In this document: positions 1 through 13,185 of the stretch, in pieces
How the letters are laid out: each line of letters opens with the position of its first letter
Position numbering within the stretch: position 1 is the stretch's first letter
Source: Octopus sinensis
Taxonomy: Eukaryota
Direction: 5' to 3'
Assembly: GCF_006345805.1 (NCBI RefSeq)
Contig: NC_043017.1
Location: 21,638,001-21,702,000, forward strand
Length of the DNA: 64,000 bases
Made by a program: the position numbers and the translations under genes
Notes under the pieces: model-generated
Seen by the model: only the letters and a program-made list of their open reading frames with translations
Told to the model about the DNA's origin: nothing
The model's database searches: none

Positions 1-126
1 GAAGGAAAGGAAAAAAGTGCCATTGCAAAATAAGAAAAAAGGGAAAAATTGTCTTTTTTACGGTTATTTGTTGTATATCTCAACATCTTCTCAGAATGTA
101 CTTCTGAATATTGTATCTTCGTAGGT

Positions 127-265
127 TCAGGAGTGGTGGTGTGGTAAGTGGCTTGCTTACTAAACACATGATTAGTAAGCATGGCAAGTGTCTTCTATTA
201 TAGCCACAGGCCGACCAAAGCCTTGTGAGTGGATTTGGTAGGCGGAAATTGAAAGAAGCCCATCA
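127..265 (+). mobile_element. tRNA-derived SINE family A, head (internally deleted)
   Basis: GGAGTGG..GTGTGGTAAG head and GGCCGACCAAAGCCTTGTGAGTGGATTTGGTAG..GAAAGAAGCCC core, shared with about 12 copies in the window. Confidence 0.8.
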
Positions 266-290
266 TTATATATATATATATATATATATA

Positions 291-487
291 AAGTTAATCC
301 AAACAAGAAAACACGAAAAACACAACAACGCGAGGACGTGGAACAAATATAGTATTATTGGACGCTCAGGAAAGAAGGAAAGAAGGAGGGTTTAACGTTT
401 CGAGCGGAGCTCTTTGTCGGAAACATAGGAGAAGGAAAGATCCAGAGAAGGGAAGACAGAGGAAAAAAATTGCCAATGGTACACACA
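291..487 (-). mobile_element. Penelope-like element 3' fragment (same family as 57112-57441)
   Basis: Near-identical to 57112-57300, which is linked to a PLE ORF motif; both ends abut (AT)n/(AC)n. Confidence 0.7.
390..424 (-). ncRNA. Degenerate minimal type I hammerhead ribozyme (core CCGACAA)
   Basis: Minus strand GUUU-CCGACAA-A-GAGC(UCC)GCUC-GAA-ACGU-U-AAAC; stems intact, two core changes (U4C, G8A). Confidence 0.55.
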
Positions 488-496
488 TATATATAT

Positions 497-708
497 ATAA
501 TAATAATAATGAAATTATTGTATACAGTGCTCAGGTGCACCACAACTTGTCAGAAAGTGCATATAAAGTACATGCAGTAATGTAGAAATGTCTGGAAAGT
601 GAACATGCTTGTGTGTGTATGGAGGGAAGAAAATCAGGTGTAGTGTTGGCGAATCTCAGGAAGCATGGAAGTCTTGAAGGATGCAGTGCTCCGACAACTA
701 ACAACCGA
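497..708 (-). mobile_element. CR1/L2-type LINE 3' end fragment
   Basis: Minus strand encodes SVVSCRSTASFKTSMLPEIRQHYT-stop (resembles CR1 ORF2 C-terminus), then a short 3'UTR ending in (ATT)n. Confidence 0.6.
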
Positions 709-747
709 ATATATATGTATTTGAATTTATGCATGTTTATAAACTTT

Positions 748-786
<39 letters not shown>

Positions 787-1069
787 AGGTTGACTTTGCC
801 TTTCATTCTTTTGGGGGTTACTAAATAAGTAGCAGTGAACCTCTGCCATTGATGTAATCAACTTATTACCTCCAATGAAATTGCGGGCATTCTACTAAAC
901 TTCAAAACTGATATTTGGAAGTGTGTGTGTATGTGTGTGTGTGTGTGCATGCATCTGCATAATGCTTTTGCATCCTTCTGACACACTACTCTCAAGCATA
1001 TGCATTGCTATGCCTAATTGAAATGCCCCCGCCCTTCTCATAATTCTTTGTTTTGCGAGTTACTTGGTT

Positions 1070-1365
1070 ACCTTGCCAGCGCTGGTGCCACATTAAAAGC
1101 ATCCAGTCCACACTGTAATGTGGTTGGCGTTTGGAAGGACATCCAGCTGAAAAAAATCATGCCAAAAACTAACCTCACCTGTGCTGGTGCCGTGCAAAAA
1201 GCACTTGGTCCACTCTACGGTGTGGTTGGTGTTAGGAAGAGCATCCAGGTGTAAAATCTCTGCCAAAATAGACAATGTAGCCTTGGATAGATTTTCTACC
1301 TGGCTGGCTCCTGTCAACCAAATTACCCATGCATGCATGGAATATGGATATTAAACGATGATGAT
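1070..1365 (-). mobile_element. SINE family C ((CAT)n-led; CCATGCTAGCATGGGTTGG...CAGCTGGATGCCCTTCC core)
   Basis: Diverged match to copies at 2225, 3347, 9065, 9893, 50100. Confidence 0.7.
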
Positions 1366-2224
1366 ATACACACACACACATACACATACTCACACATATA
1401 TACATTTATAAAAAAATTCAAATAGGTTATAATTCAGTTCTATATTTAAGAGATGTGGAATTATGTACATTATTTACATTTGATGGATATTTGTCCTCAT
1501 CTTGTTTGCCCACGGGCATATGGTGTAGTGGTTAAGAGCATGGGCATATATTTGTATGTTTGTGAGTGTGTGTGTGTATATAATATGAATATGTTTTATA
1601 TATATATATATGTATGTATATATACATACACTTTTATATATACACTTATATAGTTACACATATATATATATATATATACACTTATATATATACACTTATA
1701 TATATACGCTTATGTATACACATGCACACACACATATGCACACATATACATATACATCTGATCAATGTTATAATGTTCAGAGAACACTACACATATAAAT
1801 TAATCCAACTTAATTTAAGGCAATACACAGAAAAGTTACAAATGACCATTTCTATAGAATATTTAATTATCTTTTATTAATTACTGCACAAAGTCTTGGC
1901 TGAAATTGATAGGCTTATTGTGTGGTGTATTGCAGTAAAGAAAACAAACGTAGCTAATATATTAGTGATTTATTTAATTGAATCACTTCACACAAATGCA
2001 TCATTTATGCAAATCAGTGTATCCCATTTAATAAAACTTTTAATAAATAGTGGTTGTAAATATAGTACACCCATGGACATTTTGAGAAGGGTTGTTAGTT
2101 GTTGGTCAGCTAAAGTTGGAACTACTCCAACTAATTTCTCTCTTCTTGCCCATCATGTGAGTGTATATAATAATAAAAAAAAAACATTTACAAACGTCCA
2201 AGGTAATAAATTAATTTAAATTCA

Positions 2225-2690
2225 CACCACTTGACTAGTGGAGTGCTAAGAGCATGATCCGAGCATGATCGTTGCCAGGGCCACTGACTAGTTCCCATGC
2301 CAGTGGCACATAAAAAGCACCATTCGAGCGTGATCGTTACCAGCATCGCCCTACTGGCACCTGTGCCGGTGACATATGAAGGACAACATTTGAGCGAGGT
2401 CATTGCCTGTGCTACTGGACTGGCTCCTGTGCAGGTGGCATGTAAAAAACACCATTTGATTGTGGCTGTTGCCAGAACTGCCTGACTGGCCCATCATGCC
2501 GGTGGCATGTAAAAGCACCCACTACACTCTCAGAGTGGTTGGCATTAGGAACAGCATCCAACTGTAGAAACTCTGCCAGATCAGATTGGAGCCTGGTGCA
2601 ACCATGTGGCTCACCAGTCCTCAGTCAAACTGTCCAACCCATGCCAGTATGGAAAGTGGGCACTAAACAATGATGATGATGATGATGATG
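2225..2690 (-). mobile_element. SINE family C with internal tandem modules
   Basis: Core plus repeated GCCGGTGGCA(C/T)GTAAAA(A)GCACC modules; ends in (GAT)n. Confidence 0.75.
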
Positions 2691-3346
2691 ATTACACATA
2701 TAGTGTTAGCTCTAATCTGTAGATTTATTCTGAGGCTCATTATAGCATTGTGTGTGTATGCATGTGTGTGTATGCATGTGTGTGTGTCTAATATATATAT
2801 ATATGTTATAAAGTAAGAGCAGGAAGAATTATATGAAAGAATCACCTAAGATATATGTCCATAAGATATAAATACTATTGTGTTAATAGATGAATATATG
2901 AAGTATGATTATTTAAAAGGTTTGAGAACTCTTATGATCATTTCTTCGAAATGAAATCCAAAATTGATAATCATTATTAGGTAATCTCTAAATGCCTTTA
3001 AGGTTTTAGACATTTCTGTACCAAGAGCAGTTATTTGAAATTCCGTATACTGTATTCTCACTGAATATACTTAATTAACTATATATATATATATACTTAT
3101 GTGACTTCTGGGACTTGACTGAAGAAAGAAGGCGACAAATGACCTGTATTTTTTTGCCTGTCCTTCTAATTGTTGTTTCTCTTGTCCACCTTGTATCATC
3201 TATTTGTCCAAATGTTTTATTGTACTCTATTGCGTTTTTGTTCCATTTGTGTATATATACAAGAATTCAGGCAAGGTGTCCGGTCTGTGCACCCACTACA
3301 CCCTCAGAGTGATTAGCGTTAGGAAGGGCATCCAGCTGTAGAAACT

Positions 3347-3593
3347 CTGCCAGATCAGAATGGATCCTGGTGCAGCCATCTGGTTCACCGGTCCCCAGTC
3401 AATCCATCCAACCCTTGCTAGCATGGAAAGTGGACGTTAAACAATGATGATGATGATGATATATAAGTATATATATATATCATCATCATCATCATCATCA
3501 TTTAACGTCCGCTTTCCATGCTAGCATGGGTTGGACGGTTCAACTGGGGTCTGGGGAGCCCGAAAGCTGCACCAGTCCAGTCAGATCTGGCAG
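3347..3593. repeat. Head-to-head inverted pair of family C SINEs
   Basis: Minus copy about 3280-3460 and plus copy about 3480-3596, separated by a short (TA)n spacer. Confidence 0.8.
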
Positions 3594-3595
3594 TG

Positions 3596-3628
<33 letters not shown>

Positions 3629-3789
3629 AGAAATAAGTTGTTAGATAGGTATACTTACATACACAAGTGCACACACAGAAATATTCATGCACCTTTATGA
3701 ATCCACCATGCGTACTTACTTATGTGCGTGTGTAGAGAAGAAAACAACAAAAATAAGGCTTACATCTTTTAATCAGCTATAAGAACCCC

Positions 3790-4010
3790 TGGACCAACCC
3801 CATGCTATAAAGCCTTTTCTTTCTATTATACATAGATAGATATGAAGAATAGATAGACAGCTGACAACAGATGAAGGGTCCTTTTACTGTGTTCACTTGT
3901 CTTGTTTTCTATTTTTTCTCGTTGTTTACGTATTTCACTCATTTTCTCCTTGTTTGTTTATGCGTTACATGTTATTTGTGCCATTGGTGACGTCCTGCAC
4001 CCATATATGC
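3790..4010 (+). mobile_element. Unclassified interspersed repeat (also about 55030-55330)
   Basis: Shared CAGC(T/C)(G/A)ACAAC(A/T)GATGAAGGG followed by a T-rich tract; (AT)n flanks. Confidence 0.5.
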
Positions 4011-4041
<31 letters not shown>

Positions 4042-4246
4042 CATTTTCAACAGGTGAGATCTAGAGATGCGCTATATAGAAAACACGAAGTAGGGCTTAA
4101 ACAGTTTGAACTTAAACTCTGATGTTATTATTGAGAACTAGGTCCACTGGGTAAAGAGTGCCTACAAAAGGAATCCAGGTGAGATGGTATGGAGATAGCG
4201 TTGCAGATAGCATGTTTATCTGCATCATTATTCTCTCACTCTCCCC

Positions 4247-4327
<81 letters not shown>

Positions 4328-4344
4328 CATATATACATATATAT

Positions 4345-4392
<48 letters not shown>

Positions 4393-4930
4393 TATATATA
4401 CATATATATACACACACATACATATATATATATATATATTATATATATATATATATGAATATATGTATGTGTGTCTATAAACACACCTTTGCTGCATTGT
4501 ACAAGACCCAAAATAGCAGAATGAAATTCAAGCCATTACATAACAAAGCACTTAATTGGTTTTCCTCACAGATTTATGTCTAAGATTGGAGTGTGATGTG
4601 TTAGCTCTTGGACAGTGCATATTCCAAAATGATGGTATTTAAATGCATAAAGAAAAATCTATAAAAGATTTGCATCTGCTTCCTTCTGGAACAATCTAAG
4701 CAATGTTCAATCAGGAATGTTGATAAAAATGGTAAAATGTCTGCTAAATGGCATTTTGCTTCTAACCCCATTATCCCTGCCAAAAACAAAACCCCAGCAT
4801 ATTTATTGCAATACAATGCCATCTTGAATATAATGTTACCCCTAAGTATTTGTATGCCTAATTTTTGTTCCTAAAAGTCAGGTATGTAGTTTATCATTCA
4901 ATTCGTTTTTTTTATTCTCTAATCTAAAAG

Positions 4931-5345
4931 GTATCAGCCATGGCACTGTGGTAAGAAGCTTGCTTCCCAACTACATGGTTCTAGGTTCAACCCCACTGTA
5001 TGGCACCTTGGGCAAGTATCTCCTACTCTAACCTCAGGCTGAGAAAACCTTTGTGAGTGGATTTGGAAAGTGGAAATTGAAAGAAGCTTGTCATATATAT
5101 AAACATATATATCCATCAATGTGTGTCTGTGTGTCTATGTTTGTTACCCACCACTGCTTGACAACTGGTGTTAGTTTGTCTATAACCCCTTTATAACCCC
5201 ATAACTTAGTAATTCAGCAAAAGTGATTGATAGACTAAGTACCAGGCTTTAAAAAACAAATAATTATGGGATCTAATTCAGCTGACTAAAAATTCATCAA
5301 AGTGGTGCCCCAGCATGGCTGCAGTCTAATGACTAAAACAACTTA
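4931..5345 (+). mobile_element. SINE family A, full length
   Basis: tRNA-like head, central (AT)/(GT) repeat, tail ending CAGCATGGCTGCAGTCTAATGACTAAAAC. Confidence 0.85.
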
Positions 5346-5369
5346 ACGATATATATAATTTCTTTATTG

Positions 5370-5590
5370 CCCATGGGGGCTAAACATATAGGGGACAAAT
5401 GAAGACAGACAAAAAGATTAAGTCAATTATATCAATCCCAGTGCATAACTGGTGCTTACTTAAGTGACCTCAAAAGGATGAAAGGCAAAGTTGACCCAGG
5501 CAGAATTTGACCTCAGAATGTAATGGAAGATGAAATGCCACTAAGCATTTCGCCTGGTGTGCTAACAATTCTGCCAGCTCACCACCCTAA
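5370..5590 (-). mobile_element. tRNA-derived SINE family B
   Basis: Reverse complement of GAGCTGGCAGAATTGTTAGCA...TCAAATTCTGCC..GTCAACTTTGCCTTTCATCC. Confidence 0.85.
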
Positions 5591-5604
5591 AGATATATGT
5601 AATA

Positions 5605-5772
5605 TTTATCTTTCATTCGCTCTCTGTTTATTTCCTCATGTTCCTTTCTGCTGAAGAGCATAGGCTTGAAATATAAAAGACTTTCTCACTTTCTCGAGCA
5701 TGAAACTAATACACCTGCTTATTGTTCATACACCTGTCTTCGACTTTTGTTTTTCTATAAATTTCAACTATA
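5605..5772 (+). mobile_element. Short Penelope-like fragment with degenerate hammerhead at 5644-5679
   Basis: CUUU-CUGCUGA-A-GAGC(AUAG)GCUU-GAA-AUAU-A-AAAG; T-rich tail ending AACTATA. Confidence 0.5.
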
Positions 5773-6573
5773 AAATAAAGCACCAGTGAATCAGATAAAA
5801 TGATTTCTAATGTTTCTTCTAATTCTTTTTGTTCTGGGTTCAATTTTCACTGTGGTCGACTTTGCCTTACATCCCTTTGGGGGTCAATAAAACGAAACCA
5901 ATTGCTGGCATTGATGGTATCCACTGATGGCCCTATCCTCAAAATTGTTGTCCTGTACATAAATCAAAAACTGTTATGAGTTATGCCCCAATATCAAAAT
6001 ACTGCCAATGATAGAAGTTATCAAAAGCAAACCAGGCAAAGAAGGATTTGAATCTGTGTATGTAGAGGTTTGATATGTCTGAAAATTTAGTCATTTGTAG
6101 AAATCAAGGCCAGACTAGATTGAAAATGTCATTTGGGTCTGTGTAGCAACTTAGCAACAGAACCAGAATTTGTTTATGCAAAATTGTTTCAATGCAAAGT
6201 TCTAAAATATACTAATAAACAGAGAGAAACTTATATACGCTTATCTCTCTCTATATATATATACATATATACACACTTATGTGTGTGTGTGTGCGTGCTT
6301 GTGTGTGTAGGTGTGTACATACATATGTATACGTATTTGTGCATGTGTTTATGTATGTATCTATCTATCAATTTATATATTTATATATATATAGATTCAC
6401 ACAACACATACAAACACATTCTACACACACATACACGCACACACACACACACAAATATAGACAGCTACTAATAACGCTAATTAGTCTCTCGTTGCCCATA
6501 AACAACAAGAGAAGCTAACTTAATTTAGTAATATTTCATCTGTGTACAAACATTTACTACTATTTACCGGACT

Positions 6574-6606
<33 letters not shown>

Positions 6607-7087
6607 ATAAAACAACAACAACAACTGTAGCTACTACTACGACACCAACACAACAACCAAACATAAAACTGACTGCAGGAATTTTTCTCAGGCATTTCAA
6701 ATAAATTAAATAAATAGATTGAAAATTAAATAAATAAACAAATGAATAAGTAATCCAGGGATGTTCCATTAAAGATATTATCTATCTCAAGTTGTAAGTT
6801 AACTTGTTTGCAGTCTGTGATATGATATATAGATATATAGACATGTGTGTGTGTGTGTGTGTTAGAAACTTATACATACTTATATCTATGTATGCATATA
6901 TGTATATATACAAAAATAATTTATTTGAATATATATATATTTCTATATTTATATATATGCGTACATGATACATACATACATATATGAAATTGTATATGTG
7001 TATATATACTAAAATAATATATATGGATATATATATATATATATATATGCATGTATTTTTGTTTGCTTGTGTATGTATCTGTCTATC

Positions 7088-7118
<31 letters not shown>

Positions 7119-7306
7119 CTATCTATATATGTACACACACACACATGTATGTATGTATGTATGTATATATATATATTTTACTCACTCACACACACACATA
7201 TATATATATAAGAGAGATAAATTATAAAAGAAGAGAGATAAGTTATAAAGGAAATTACTGCAAGTCATTTTGTCAAACTCTCTTATGAATCCTAAAACAC
7301 ATGTGC

Positions 7307-7378
7307 CTCTCCAGCAAGGAATCGAACTTTAGTTCCCTGTGTAATAAGTGGGATCACTTGCCACTATTCTACTGAGCA
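7307..7378 (-). pseudogene. Decayed tRNA-Asp(GTC)-like sequence or tRNA-derived SINE head
   Basis: 72-nt ungapped match (about 46/72 by eye, mostly transitions) to the metazoan tRNA-Asp-GTC sequence as I recall it; keeps TAGTGG and GTTCGATTCC; anticodon loop and stems eroded. Confidence 0.45.
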
Positions 7379-7510
7379 CAGGGCTTATAATAACAACAAC
7401 AATAACAATACTAATCCTTTCTGCTATAGGTAGAAGACCTAGAAGTTGTGGTGATCATATTGACCCCAATACTTGATAACAATAATTCCCAAATAATAAT
7501 GATGGGGGTG

Positions 7511-7579
7511 GTGGTGCAGGATTCGAACTCACAACCTCACGTTCGTAAGCTAGATGCTCTAACCACTGAGCCACATGCC
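7511..7579 (-). mobile_element. tRNA-like SINE head
   Basis: A box TGGCTCAGTGG, D-stem GCTC/GAGC, B box GTTCGAATCC; anticodon arm does not pair, so not a functional tRNA. Confidence 0.6.
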
Positions 7580-8142
7580 TTCACATGTGATAATGATGGA
7601 GATGACAATAGGGGTGATGAAGATGATGATGATTACCATGACGGTGGTGGTGGTGGTAGAGACAGATGATGATTGTGGTGGTGTTCGTGGCGATGATGAT
7701 GACAATGATGATGATGGTGACGATGATGATGACGATGATATTGATGAGATGACTGGTCGTGGTGGGGACGATGTTGATGATGATGATGATGATGACAACC
7801 AAGGTGATGATGATAATGGGGGGTGGGGTTTACTTGGGAGTAATACCGACGATGAGAAGGAGGACGGGGCGAGGAAGGTGGGACTCGAAGAGGAGGAAGA
7901 CGGAAAGGGACGAAGAAATAAGTCGATGAAGAAGAAAGAGGAGGAAAACACCAATAGGGAGAGGGGGAAAGGAGGGATAGGAAAGGGAGGAGGGAGAGGG
8001 GGGATGCACAAAGAATATCTTTTGATGCGGTGGAAGAAGACAGATCAAAGCGTTTAATAAGACAAGATCAAAGGGGAAAACTTGTTCAAAATCTATATTT
8101 AACTGAAAAATGTAGATAAATCAAATAAGACAAGGTATAGCT

Positions 8143-8179
<37 letters not shown>

Positions 8180-8619
8180 TAAATGTTTCATTATATTATT
8201 TTTTTAAATAATAACAAATACCAATAAAAAAGATGGAGGATGGCAAAAGAAAACTTGAAATTGTAACATATTATATATTTAATCAGTTTTATTTTTATGG
8301 TTTCCAGTGTGGTTTTTAAGGGCATCTGGGGTTAGGGAGAGAAATAATATGTCGAAGTGGAACATGGGATGAAAATAGCAGGGAGTCCAAATAAGAAATG
8401 TGTTGGTCTGTGAAAACATGTCTAACCCATGCTGGCATAAAAAAAGAGACGTAAAGCGGTGGGGATGATGACTGTGATGATGATAATGATCGTGATGATG
8501 AGGGTGATGATGATGATGATGGTGGGGACATGATGATGGATGATGGATGATGATGGTAGTGATGATTGTGGTTTTGAAAATGTATGAATATGCATTATGT
8601 ACACACACACACATCTTCA

Positions 8620-9012
8620 ATCTTTTACTTGATTCAGTCATTAGGCTGTGGCCATGCTGGGGCACTGCTGTGAATGGGTTTTTGATGAACATATCGATCC
8701 CAGGAATTTTTTTTTTTTTAAAACTAGTGCTTATCCTATCAGTATCTTTTGCTGAATCGCTAAGTTATGGGGATGTAAACAAACCAAGACCGGTTGTCAG
8801 GCAGTGATGGGGGACTCACACACACACATACGCACACATACATATATATATATACAATTGGCTTCTTTCAGTTTCCATCTACCAAGTCCTCTCACAAGGC
8901 TTTGGTTGGCCTGAGACTATAGACAAGACACTTACCCAAGGTGCTATGCAGTGGGACTGAACCTTGAACTATGTAGTTGGGAAGCAAGCTTCTTACCACA
9001 CAGCCACACCTG
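8620..9012 (-). mobile_element. SINE family A
   Basis: Tail about 8620-8820 and head about 8860-9012 on the minus strand. Confidence 0.8.
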
Positions 9013-9192
9013 TTCCTATATATATATATTTGGTAGATTTGGTGGATGGAAACTGAAAGAAGCCCATCATCATCATCATCATCATCGTTTAACATCCGTT
9101 CTCCATGCTAGCATGGGTTGGACGGTTCGACTGGGGATCTGGGAAGCCAGAAGGCTGCACCAGGCTCCGGTCTTATCTGGCAATGTTTCTAC

Positions 9193-9266
<74 letters not shown>

Positions 9267-9483
9267 TGTGTGTGTTAGCAACATATATATGTTAGCAACA
9301 GAGGCAGAATTAATATATATCTCCACTTAATTGTGGATGTTGTGTCAGAACAAACTACAATGTGGTAGATCCCAAGAGAGAAACTCTGAAATTGGATTTT
9401 GGTGAAAAATACACACTTGTATATACATCCACATATACATATGTATATACATACATTCATATATTCATACATATATATTTATA

Positions 9484-9707
9484 TAAAGGAGGTGGTGCTG
9501 AAACCTTCCTGGCTTTTGGTAAAAGAAAACGCAGGACGATCAGTTGATTATGATATTACTCAATATATTTGCTTTCTCAGATTTATTCTCTTATTGCAGA
9601 AGTCCTTCAGTTTTTCTAAGACCTGTAAAACATCTCAGAATGTTAGGCTTCCAACCATGTCTTTCTTGATAGACTTAAAGCCAGGAACTTTTCAGTATCT
9701 GCTTGTA
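9484..9707. mobile_element. Tc1/mariner-type MITE
   Basis: TIR core TGCTGAAACCTTCCTGGCTTT (9496-9516) vs AAAGCCAGGAACTTTTCAGTA (9677-9697), 18/21; TA at both ends. Confidence 0.65.
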
Positions 9708-9892
9708 AATATATTTATAATGAGAGAAAGTGTGAGAGAAAGGCACAGAGAGAGAGAGAGAGAGAGAGAGAAAGAGCTTCCTTGCCAATAGTATTCACAT
9801 TGTTGCTACAGAAGTGATACATCACCAAGCAATCTCTCATCACTTGATGTTACATGGGGGGGGTGAGCAAAAGGAAGTAAGCCTAAGAGATC

Positions 9893-10050
9893 ATCATCAT
9901 CATCATCATCATTTAACGTCCGCTTTCCATGCTAGCATGGGTTGGACGGTTCAACTGGGGGCTGGGGAGCCCGAAAGCTGCACCAGTCCAGTCAGATCTG
10001 GCAGTGTTTCTACAGCTGGATGCCCTTCCTAACGCCAACCACTCCGAGAG
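9893..10050 (+). mobile_element. SINE family C, young subfamily
   Basis: One mismatch over about 105 bp versus the copy at 3490-3596. Confidence 0.85.
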
Positions 10051-10249
10051 TGTAGTCCACTCCGAGAGATATACATATATAAATGAATACACACACACAC
10101 ATACACACACACATATATCTAGCAATATTAGCAATATTTTTGTGTGTGCATATATGTGTGTGGGCGTGTGTATGAGCGTGTGTGTGTGTATATATATGCA
10201 TGTGTGTATGTACATATATATATGTGTGTGTAATAATATGAATAATATA

Positions 10250-10360
10250 TAAATATATGCGTATATACATACATATATGTACATACCTACATATATATGT
10301 ATATATACATGTATGTGTATACATATGTATATATATATATATACATATATATATATTTAC

Positions 10361-10409
<49 letters not shown>

Positions 10410-10530
10410 ATATACATGTATATATATTTACATATGTATATATATATATATATATATATGATATATATATATATATACATGTATGTGTATACATATGTAT
10501 ATATATATATATACATATATATATATTTAC

Positions 10531-10569
<39 letters not shown>

Positions 10570-10604
10570 ATATATATATATACATGTATATATATTTACA
10601 TATG

Positions 10605-10635
<31 letters not shown>

Positions 10636-10640
10636 TATGT

Positions 10641-10683
<43 letters not shown>

Positions 10684-10770
10684 ATATATATGTATACATG
10701 TATATATATACATATATATTATATACATATATATATTTATATATACACACATACACACACACACACATTT
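10250..10770. repeat. Complex (AT)n microsatellite with higher-order repeats
   Basis: Recurring TATATTTACATATGT and ATGATATAT blocks. Confidence 0.95.
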
Positions 10771-11272
10771 GCATATATTTGCATGTATTTATTTGTGTGT
10801 TTGTACGCACGTGTACCCTGTGAACGTCCACATGTTCAATCAAACCTATCTGTCTTTCTTATGAGTTCAAACCATTATAGATCTTTGTCCTCGTTTGTCC
10901 CATTAACATTTGAAATACAAGCAAATGGAGGGTGCAACACGGTGGAAGGTGGAAGGGAAGCGAAGGGGGGGGGGGGTCGATGTGTGGGTGTTGCATCCAT
11001 GTTCAGAGATCCGTAACGAACTGGTTTGCCTCTAAATTGTATACCCGCTAGGCTAGCCCGACTATTTTTAATGAAGCCAGCATATTCTGTGCTTATTGAT
11101 TTATGATGGGTTCATAGCCTTACAGCAAACGGATGTGAGAGGTAGAAAGGGAAATGAAAGGGGACCTGAAGTGGACATCAGATGTTCAGGGAAAAGAATA
11201 ATAATGATAATAATAACAACAATAATAATGATGACGACAATGATGATAATGGTAGTGCTATTAGTAGAGGTG

Positions 11273-11312
<40 letters not shown>

Positions 11313-11326
11313 TAATAATAATAATA

Positions 11327-11358
<32 letters not shown>

Positions 11359-11379
11359 AATAATAATAATCCTTTCTGC

Positions 11380-11590
11380 TGTGGGCACAAATACATAGAT
11401 CTTGGGGTAGGGGACTAGCCAATTATATTGACCCCCCCTCCCCCAGAGTTTCACTACTGCTTAATTTATCGACCCTGAAAGGATGAAAGGCAAAGTCAAC
11501 CTCGGTGGAATTTGAATCTAGAATGTAGTGACGAATGAAATACCACTAAACATTTCATCAGTGTGATGACGATTCTGCTAGCTCACTTCC

Positions 11591-11634
<44 letters not shown>

Positions 11635-11924
11635 TATAATAATAATAATGATGATAATAATAATAATAATTATTATTATTATTATCATTATTATTATTAT
11701 TATTATAATCTTTTCTCCCAAAGACTCAAGGGCTGAAAGTTTGTGACAGGGAACTAGTCAATTATATCAACCCCAGTTTTTCACTGGTATTTAATTTATC
11801 AACCCCCAAAGGATGAAAGGCGAAGTCGACCTCAGCAGAATTTGAACTCAGAATGTAGTGACAGATAATATACTGCGAAGCACTTCACCCAGCATGGTAA
11901 CGATTCTGCCAGCTTTCCACCTTC

Positions 11925-11971
<47 letters not shown>

Positions 11972-12140
11972 TGATAATAATCCTTTCTCCTGAAGGCAAA
12001 AGGTCTTAAAATTTTGGGAGAGGGGACTAGTCAATTACATCAACTCCACGGTGCCACTGGTACTCACTTTATCGACCCGAAAAGGATAAAAGACAAAGTC
12101 GACTTTGGTGGAATTTGAACTCAGAATGAAAAGACAGAAG
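11380..12140 (-). mobile_element. Three co-oriented family B SINEs separated by (AAT)n
   Basis: Copies at about 11380-11592, 11710-11922 and 11980-12140. Confidence 0.85.
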
Positions 12141-12509
12141 AATGATTTCTTGTATTTGCGATTAAGGTAGATTATAGAGTGGTAGGGATGATGATGATGA
12201 TAAGGATGAGGATGATAAAGATGAGGATGACGAGGATGATGAATACTGATTTTAAGTTTGACAGGTAATTTAACTATATTTTACAGGTGAGTATGAAAGG
12301 TGTAAGTAATGTAGAGTAACTAAGATACCGAGATAGACACTGACAGAACGGAACAGAGAGATAAAGAGTCAGACAGATTGATAGATAGATAGACAGATAG
12401 ACTCCCACACACACACAGATGGATAGACACACACACACACACAGATGGATACACACACACAGAAACATAAACCCAGAGAAGAAGCACACTCTAAGAAGCA
12501 GAGCAGACT

Positions 12510-12912
12510 ATATTTTTTCCAGCTGAAGGCCAGATTATGGGGTTACCCAGGGTTTCCCATCCATAAAGGGTTTAACTTTATGGCATATTGTCAGACCCCA
12601 CGATCTGTTGGCTTATGAGCTCTTTAAAACATTTTTTTTCTTTTGGTGGATTATCCAAGATTGAATCGTTCCATATGTATGAGGGACCTGTGGCCTCTGT
12701 AAAATATGTAGAAGTGCTGCGCTGGTCAGCTATTTGGAAGAAACCACATGGTCTCTGTGAAAAACCCTGCCGAGGGACTGAAAGGGATTGTTTTTAGAAG
12801 AGAGATCATAGGCCAGCAGGTCTTGGGGTCTGACGATATGCCATAAAGTTAAACCCTTCAAGGATGGGAAACCCAGGGTAACCCCATACACTGACCTTAA
12901 CTTGGAAAATAT
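12510..12912. mobile_element. Foldback MITE with TIRs of about 110 bp or more
   Basis: 12510-12618 is the reverse complement of 12806-12912 with scattered mismatches; TA-rich ends. Confidence 0.85.
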
Positions 12913-12924
12913 ATCTATACTCGT

Positions 12925-13185
12925 TTATTCTTTTACTTGTGTCAGTCATCTTGACTGTGGCCATGCTGGAGCACCGCCTTTCAGTTGAAGAAACCAACCC
13001 CTGGACTTATTCTTTGTAAGCCTGGTACTTATTCTGTTGGTCTCTATTGCAGAAGCACTAAGTTATAGAGATGTAAAGACACCAAGACCAATTGTCAAGA
13101 GATGGTGGAGGGACAAACACAGACACAAACACACAAATATATCCATATATATATACATACGACAGGCTTCTTTTAGTTTCCACTA
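12925..13185 (-). mobile_element. SINE family A (tail and part of core)
   Basis: TTACTTGTGTCAGTCAT..CCATGCTGGAGCACCGCC tail; GACAGGCTTCTTTTAGTTTCC core. Confidence 0.8.

Noticed and set aside
7511-7579. Functional tRNA gene
   Set aside because: A and B boxes are present, but the anticodon and acceptor stems do not pair; it is a SINE head.
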